This document shows positions 57,394 to 64,000 of a stretch of DNA of 64,000 nucleotides, in pieces. Each line of letters starts with the position of its first letter. The stretch's first letter is position 1. Origin of the DNA: Trichosphaerium sp. ATCC 40318. Lineage: Eukaryota > Protista > Tubulinea. The stretch lies in the NCBI GenBank assembly GCA_038496445.1, contig JALMLS010000005.1:1-64000 (forward strand). Reading direction: 5' to 3'. A program made the translations under genes and the position numbers. The notes beneath the pieces were generated by a model. That model made no database searches. It worked only from the letters and a program-made list of their open reading frames with translations, and was not told the DNA's origin.

Positions 57394-60300
57394 ATGTACA
57401 CTGGGTTTGGTGTTGCCTTTTTGCTTCTATGTAGCTGCTGGTGCGTTTTGGCTCAACTTCCGGTTGATCACGTCCAAAAGACATGTGATTGGGGCTGTAC
57501 GCATTTTAACTGTTATTAACTACCCAAGAAGGCTATAACTCAGTTACTGATCAAATTTAGCGTATCTGACGCTCTTTCGTGCTTCTTCTTTACGTTCCTC
57601 AGCCGTAGGAAGGTACTGGAGTATTGTAACGTCTAGTGGGCGCTCAATACGATTCGGCGATCACGAAAAGGACGTTGTTCCAATAGTTCAGATACACTGT
57701 ATCGAAATAACCTTTGACGACACAATAATCGCGTCTGCAATGAGCCAAGACTTTTTACACGTGTCACTTAAATCAGGTGGTGTTAGAGTATTTCGTTATA
57801 ACGGCACTGACCTCAGAGATTGGGCCGTTGTCAATACTGAAGAGCCTTACGAAAATATAGCAGCTGTAGGAGATACGATAGCAGGTGTTAAAGGTAATCC
57901 ACAGTATGTAGTAATACATGAAAGAATAGACAACTGGAGGGAAAAAAATCTGACACTTAAAAAAGATAATGCAACTATCTTTACCAAGATTACAAGTATT
58001 GATTTCAGCAATTTCAAGCTAGGAAATGATACGTTTTATACTAGTGTATTGGTTGTTGGCGGATTACCAACATGGGAAGCTGGTCTGTGTATGGTTTATT
58101 GGGATTTCAATGCTGAAAGCACTTTTAATACTGGTTTACAATGCACACCACTAAATCAACGCAAGCACGTACAATTTGGTACTACAAGTATACATATCAT
58201 TGCACAAACCGTTTTCTTTGTAGAACTGGAATATTGTCACTCGTGTTTAAAGTTGTTTTAAGAACACGTGTTATTTTATTAGAGCTTCATGTTGTAAGAA
58301 CTTATGTTTGAACTTTAGTGAATTCTCTAGAGTTGGACTTGACGGAATCAGTTGGTGTAATAATATCACGTATAAAAATCACTGAGCAAAAGGATGGTGT
58401 ATACTTTCATGCAACATACGGTGGTGTACCAACACGTGAACTAATTGGTAATATCTCATCAAATTCTGCTTTATCAGTATTTTTTGACAGCTGTTCAAGA
58501 TATGAGTATGTCAAGACACTTTTAGTATAAATTGATCTAAACCTATATAGATTTGATGGTAACATATGTTTATACGCTAGAGTGGAAGACTCACCGTATA
58601 ATAATTTTGGAACAGCTATTGTAGGAATACAATTTGCTGAAAGTCACAGTATTGAAAGGATGTACATACCAACTCCATTTGTTTCATTTGGAACAGGAAT
58701 ACAAAGTGTTACTACGGGATTTACAACTTACAATGAACTGCCAGTACGAAATTGTAAAAAGTTTTTAACTGATAAAGGTTGGTAGCTCGTGGCAAATCCG
58801 CTAGCAACATTCAATTTTATAGGATATCTTACTCCTGATATACTAAGGAAGCAAGTGACATGTCCAAGTGGTACATATAACAATCCAAATAATGAATCTG
58901 TCCTCCCATGTAAGATGTGCCCTAAAGGAACTTATCAACCAAATAGTTGTACGAACTGTATTTTGACAACATGTTGTATTTTTAACTCTTCTTCAAATGT
59001 TTAGTCTTACGCCTCTTTTGTAGCATCTAGTTCTTGTTTGGAATGTAAGAGCGGTGAGTATTGTCCTGGTGCAGGCGCTACCAACAATGGGACGTGGCAA
59101 TATAGATCGTATTCTTTTCTTTATCCTTTTGAGGAGTTAGAACCAGAGAGTGCTGATAACGTGTTTATCCAGCTGTTGATTTCGCCGGCATCTCGCCTTC
59201 CGTATTTTGCAGTGTCTATTATACTAGCAACACTTACAGTAATTCTAATAATAGTATTCATGTGTTGTGAACACTATTGTGGAAGAGATCATCTCGTCTT
59301 TATAGCGATAAGATATATTGACCTTGGTAAGAGGATAGAGTACAGTAAAAGACGAGACAAGATGGTCAGCAAAGGAACCATTTATGGTGGAATTATAACA
59401 ATAGCCACAGCGGCGTTCTTGATACTAGCTATGATAATTGTACTTCATATATACCTGGGATACAACCGCTTGCCGTATGACTTGAATGCTACCATTCCAG
59501 ATAGGGAATTCAATACTAAGCGTACCACTGGTTTGCGTGCCATTGACCAATATAAGCGAACAGCAATGTTCGGCTTCTATGCAAACAATCAAAAGTACGT
59601 CCATGTAAGCATTTTACACGTGATTTTGCTCTACTGTTGCGGTTTGGTTCTTTCCTTTGTATCTAACAAAAAACCTAGGACAACTAATATTACACTAACA
59701 GTCGAATGGCTTGGCCTTATCTCAACATATACTAATGGTATTGAAGGCTTTATAGCACAAGATAATAAAATCTTGGAAGCATCAACGAGAATTCTCAATA
59801 CAACCAATGTAATTGACTTTGCGTATGATACTATTCTTCTTACACATAACTGTTAACCTTATTTTTACAAAAGGTTGAGCACAACTTTCTCAGCAGACTT
59901 TGCACCAAGGACCCATTATGAGTTTTCCTTCGACATTTCTGATCAAACTATCTCCAAGCAATACATAACTTTTAGTGCTATACGCTTAACACTGAAAGCA
60001 GGAGGACCTCATCGTAAGCGACTTACATATAACCTTTACTTAAGCAGGTTTTATAGCAATAACACATGTGCGTACACTCTTATCTGAAGATGGGTTATAC
60101 CTACCTTCTGAAGCTACAGAATATGTAGTAACTACAACATCACATATTCGAAAATCACAACAGTATAAAGGCGAGGATATCACAGATGGTACAAAACAAA
60201 TGTATTGTTATCTGTTTTCACTCAATCATCAGCTTTCCTTTTTGTATTTAAAGGTCAACACATGCATAAGGCTAACAATTCACTGTAGGATACATCAGCT

Positions 60301-60629
60301 TTAATGTTGGTAATAATAGAAGATTGACAGACAAGAAACAAATCAATGTTGGTGATGATCTAGCATACTCTACTTTTTTAATTCCAAAAGTAGTTGTTAT
60401 TATGGAGCATGCAAATGTTTTTGTGACTGAAACAGAAGAAATACAAATAACACAAAGATCTATACTGTTTGCAGTCATCCTTATTCAAGCACTTGTTATT
60501 AATATAGCATATATATTAAACTCAACAATTGGATTTACAATAACTGGTGTAAAAGAGATTTATAAACTTTTTTCAAAGAAAAAAAGACATATTGCACCTG
60601 GTTCATATACATTGCACAATGGACAGTAA
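57394..60629 (+). CDS. Signal-peptide membrane protein with Cys-rich GCC2/GCC3 (ephrin-receptor-like) repeats and about three TM helices
   Basis: MYTGFGVAFLLLC signal; CPSGTY...CKMCPKGTYQP...CLECKSGEYCPGAG; hydrophobic runs YFAVSIILATLTVILIIVF, YGGIITIATAAFLILAMIIVL, ILFAVILIQALVINIAY. Confidence 0.65.
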
Positions 60630-61077
60630 CCCCAAAAACATACTCTATAAACAATAAACAATAATATTGCAACCAAAAACAACAGTTCTAGTAGGGATGG
60701 TAAGAGCAATGGAGATGTTAAAATTTGAACTTTCTTCGTTCTTGTTTGGACTAAATTATGTCATATCATGTTGTAAAGAGTTTGGGTTATTTGTTGGTAA
60801 ACATATTCTATATGCCAAGGCTTGTACCTTTAGATGTAAAAAACAGCAACTGCGTCATGCGCTGGCCTACTTGGTTTTATCACAAAGTACGAGAAACGTG
60901 ATTGCTAACTGTATCTACACTATTTCACCTGTCACTACTTCACGCATTGATATTTGCCTGTATTCAATACTAACCAACCTAACGTCCATACAACAAACTA
61001 AATTTAAAAGTCATCTTATTTATTTTGGATTACAAGATAGCTGTTAGTGCATTTGGCTTATATAAAAGCTTCCAATA

Positions 61078-63256
61078 TTAATGGAGGCCTAACAATGCTA
61101 AACAACCAACGAAAAACAGGAGACTGATAGAATTCAACTTATTGGATAAAGAAGTTGGTGCTTCAGGTGGAGCTAATGTTGTGGGTGACTGTGTGGGTGG
61201 TAGTGTCGGAGGCACCGTTGTAGGAGGCAATGTTGTAGGGGATACAGTCGTAGGAGGTACAGTTGTAGGAGGCAATGTTGTAGGGGATACAGTTGTAGGA
61301 GGTGCAGTTGTAGGAGGTGCAGTTGTAGGAGATATCGTGCTTGGTGGTGGTGGTGGAATCAAGCTGAATACTACCGAAGACGCGCCCATTGGATGAGATA
61401 CCACACCCATTGAGAAACTATAAAAAGGTTACCAACAACTGCGCAAAATGAGTTTGTTATGTACCCGAATGATGTCGAATTGAAAATAATATTGGTGGGA
61501 GAAACGGTGAAATTGTTGCTATCTAAAGAAAAGGCTTGCAATTCATGTTAGGGAATGACAAGTACAATGATGAATGCAAATCGGCTTAGCCAAATATGAC
61601 GAAAATAACAAACAGGCCAGTTCTGGTTGGCTGAAAAAAATGGACAAGGGTGTTTTTGTGATAAAAAAATAATACATATTTCAAACTGTTTAGCGAGTTT
61701 TCTGTTGTACATAAGCTATGAAGCGAATTGTAACATCCACAATAATATGTACCTTCAATAACTGGTTGTTCCATCACACACATTAATGTCAGTGGGCTAG
61801 TAGTAGATGTTGGCTCCCGTGACACATAGCGATATTCAAAAGAATCAGAGGTAAAATCAAGAATAAAGTCAGACGTCGCAATTCGGCTTGAATACTCTGC
61901 AATTGTATCATTAACGATAAAATTAGGGTTTTGGGGCTGCATAGAGTTTTGTAAAAAATTAAAGGATCCCCCTTTCATTGTGCAAGCTCCTCTATCACCT
62001 ACACCTGGCACACAGTTAATTTCTAACCCAAACAATGCAAAAAATGTGTTTAAACAACTTAGGACAGGTACTATTTTTTTTATTTTCGCTCCGGATATTT
62101 TCGGATTTTGACGGATATCGCCTACTTTACACGTTTTTTTCCAGATACTCTGTTCACTGTTGTCATGTGACCAAGATCCTACAGGTGGGTACCTAATGTG
62201 ACGTACAATACAAATTGCTTATGCATTCAGTGACATACAAACAGCTTTGAGAAACTTGCACTCTTCCATGAAACAGCACCTTGAAGATGGTACGAATGAG
62301 TACCAATTGAGGTGCTCAACACAACTTCTTTATTGTTATGGCATGAACATTAGCTCATCTTAGTTTGGGTACACTCCCTTTCAGAAACAGAGGGGCATTA
62401 TGTACTGTTCACAGCCTGTACATGCTCCATCTAAAAAAGGTATCCTTCCGCAATTGTAAATTGCTACCTTTGTATTCAGAATCATTGAAACAACACAATC
62501 AGCACAGACTGCCACAAAGAGAATATACAGATACCAGAGGTGTAATAATCCCCTCAACAAGATTAATTCAAACGACAAACCATTGGAGGAATGCAACGAA
62601 TCTGTAAGTACAAAGCAATTGCCAATTGTCAAATTTTTTTATCTGTTTTGTAATTTCAGTATGCAATTTTCACGGCATGGACATGTTTACTTTTTACATA
62701 TTAATTCCTATGATTGCTTTTGGCGTACAATTAGCAATTGTTCCGTAAACTGACACATTGCAAGTGTCACTTGACACTTGGTGTCAACAATTGTCAATTG
62801 CATAAACAGGGAGATAAGTACACTTCCTCCTGTTCCTACGAGCCATAAAACAAGTGTGCTCAAAGAATGTGGAAACAAATGAGCATTAAAAACATTGTAC
62901 AGCTCCTTCAATCTACACCACCAAAGGTACATGCTTCAATTTTCAAGTACCAAGTTTCTCTAAGAAGGCAATTTCCAGTTGCCCAACCTCATTGACATCA
63001 ATGCCATTAGGTACAGCTTTGACACTAAGCAAGGTGAGTGCACCATATTGCCAGCAGCTTTCACCAAACAAGGAAAAAACACCAATTGCCCTTAGTATAA
63101 TTCATCTCGTTATCCGGAAAAACAAGGAAAATTCCGACACACAACCGTCAAAAGCCGAAAATATCCGGAGCAAAAATAAAAAAAATAGTGCATGTCCATA
63201 CTTAGTGATAGCGTCAAGACAAATAGAGTACACAAACAGACAAGAGCTTTAATCAT
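61078..63256 (-). CDS. Secreted, probably GPI-anchored Cys-rich surface protein with a Pro/Thr mucin stalk
   Basis: Signal MIKALVCLCTLFVLTLSLS; Cys-rich exons; (PTTxP)n; terminal hydrophobic SISLLFFVGCLALLGLH*. Exon linkage was only partly checked. Confidence 0.6.
61165..61356 (-). repeat. 15-bp coding tandem repeat (PPTTV/SPTTL)
   Basis: Plus strand has about nine units of the AGTTGTAGGAGG(T/C) type. Confidence 0.85.
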
Positions 63257-63467
63257 TGCGAAACTGCAGTTTTCTGGAACAAATATCGAAAATGTTGCAA
63301 CAACTCTGTAGTAGTTTTGTAGTTTGTAATAACTCATAAGTCACGTCTGCGGTTTTAACGTTAAAGCATACCAAACTTGCATTTTTTGTCAACTACCAAA
63401 AAACTCATGTTATTTATTGCTTCCTAAGTCAATTAGAGTTGATGTGTTACCTATTCGGACTAGTAAT

Positions 63468-64000
63468 TCATTGTCGGGCAAAAGATGGAACTTTGTACGA
63501 AATGCGATTTAAAGGGGTAGAACTCCACGAACTGCCTTGTAAATACGCTACATCTCCTTTACTACGCGCAAATACGTATCTGAGGCCGTTTCTTTTGGCT
63601 TTTTGATTAATTTTTATTTGTTCTCTTTTTCTTTAAATTACACCTTACGCAGTAGCTCTCGTGTTCTTGATAAGATTGCTACGTGTGCGTCTTCATTATT
63701 TTCCCACAAAGTCACAGCGAAATATACAAATGCTGTGATCCAACATATAAGCCCAATGACAATATACGACAAAAGGTAACCAGCACAAGCTTTCCCAATG
63801 GGCCTTTTGAAAAAAAATCAAAACAAAAAAAAAAACTATTATCTTGACGTTTCTCTACAATAGGCCTCTGGTATCCTTAAACGTACCTTGGAGCGTTATA
63901 CCGTTGGAGTATTGTACCGCTTCTTGCTTGTGTTGTCCCTAATAATTATATTAGACATGAGGGATGGCTTTTTGAGTAAAATATGTCAAGTGCTTACCAG
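63468..64000 (-). CDS. 3' end of an unknown membrane protein (continues past the window)
   Basis: Spliced PIGKACAGYLLSYIVIGLICWITAFVYFAVTLWE...LLRK|AKRNG...FARQ*. Confidence 0.5.

Overview
Gene-dense, AT-rich eukaryotic nuclear DNA using the standard genetic code, with many very short spliceosomal introns (mostly ~40-60 nt). The gene set (Skp1 ending [17 protein letters not shown], filamin/arrestin/myosin fusions, PBZ ligase) suggests a free-living protist, possibly an amoebozoan; this is inference. Bases 1-9832 form a large inverted repeat: two ~3.77 kb arms carrying UTP5/WDR43 and the 3' part of a DnaJ-X gene, around a 2.3 kb gene-free spacer with TTAGGG arrays and a probable MITE. The rest holds about 20 intron-rich genes: FYVE protein, NABP/SOSS-B, UTP13, SKP1, FMC1-like, Pif1, PARG-like, FAD oxidoreductase, a multidomain myosin, CysRS, stomatin, SLC19, STE20 kinase, RRP43, eL34, GIGYF-like, DNA ligase and surface proteins. 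The top finding is an apparent circularly permuted tRNA gene at 25861-25938 (minus strand). Its 3' half (nt 30-73, anticodon GCA) precedes its 5' half (nt 1-29); together they rebuild an exact 73-nt cloverleaf with an unusual 29/30 junction, no strict BHB motif and a Tyr-like acceptor end. Other highlights are a myosin whose motor and RhoGAP domains both appear catalytically dead, a PBZ-BRCT-SWIM bacterial-type DNA ligase, an FHA-like/Pif1/zinc-knuckle helicase and a kinase-filamin-arrestin fusion. All gene models were spliced by eye, so boundaries are approximate.
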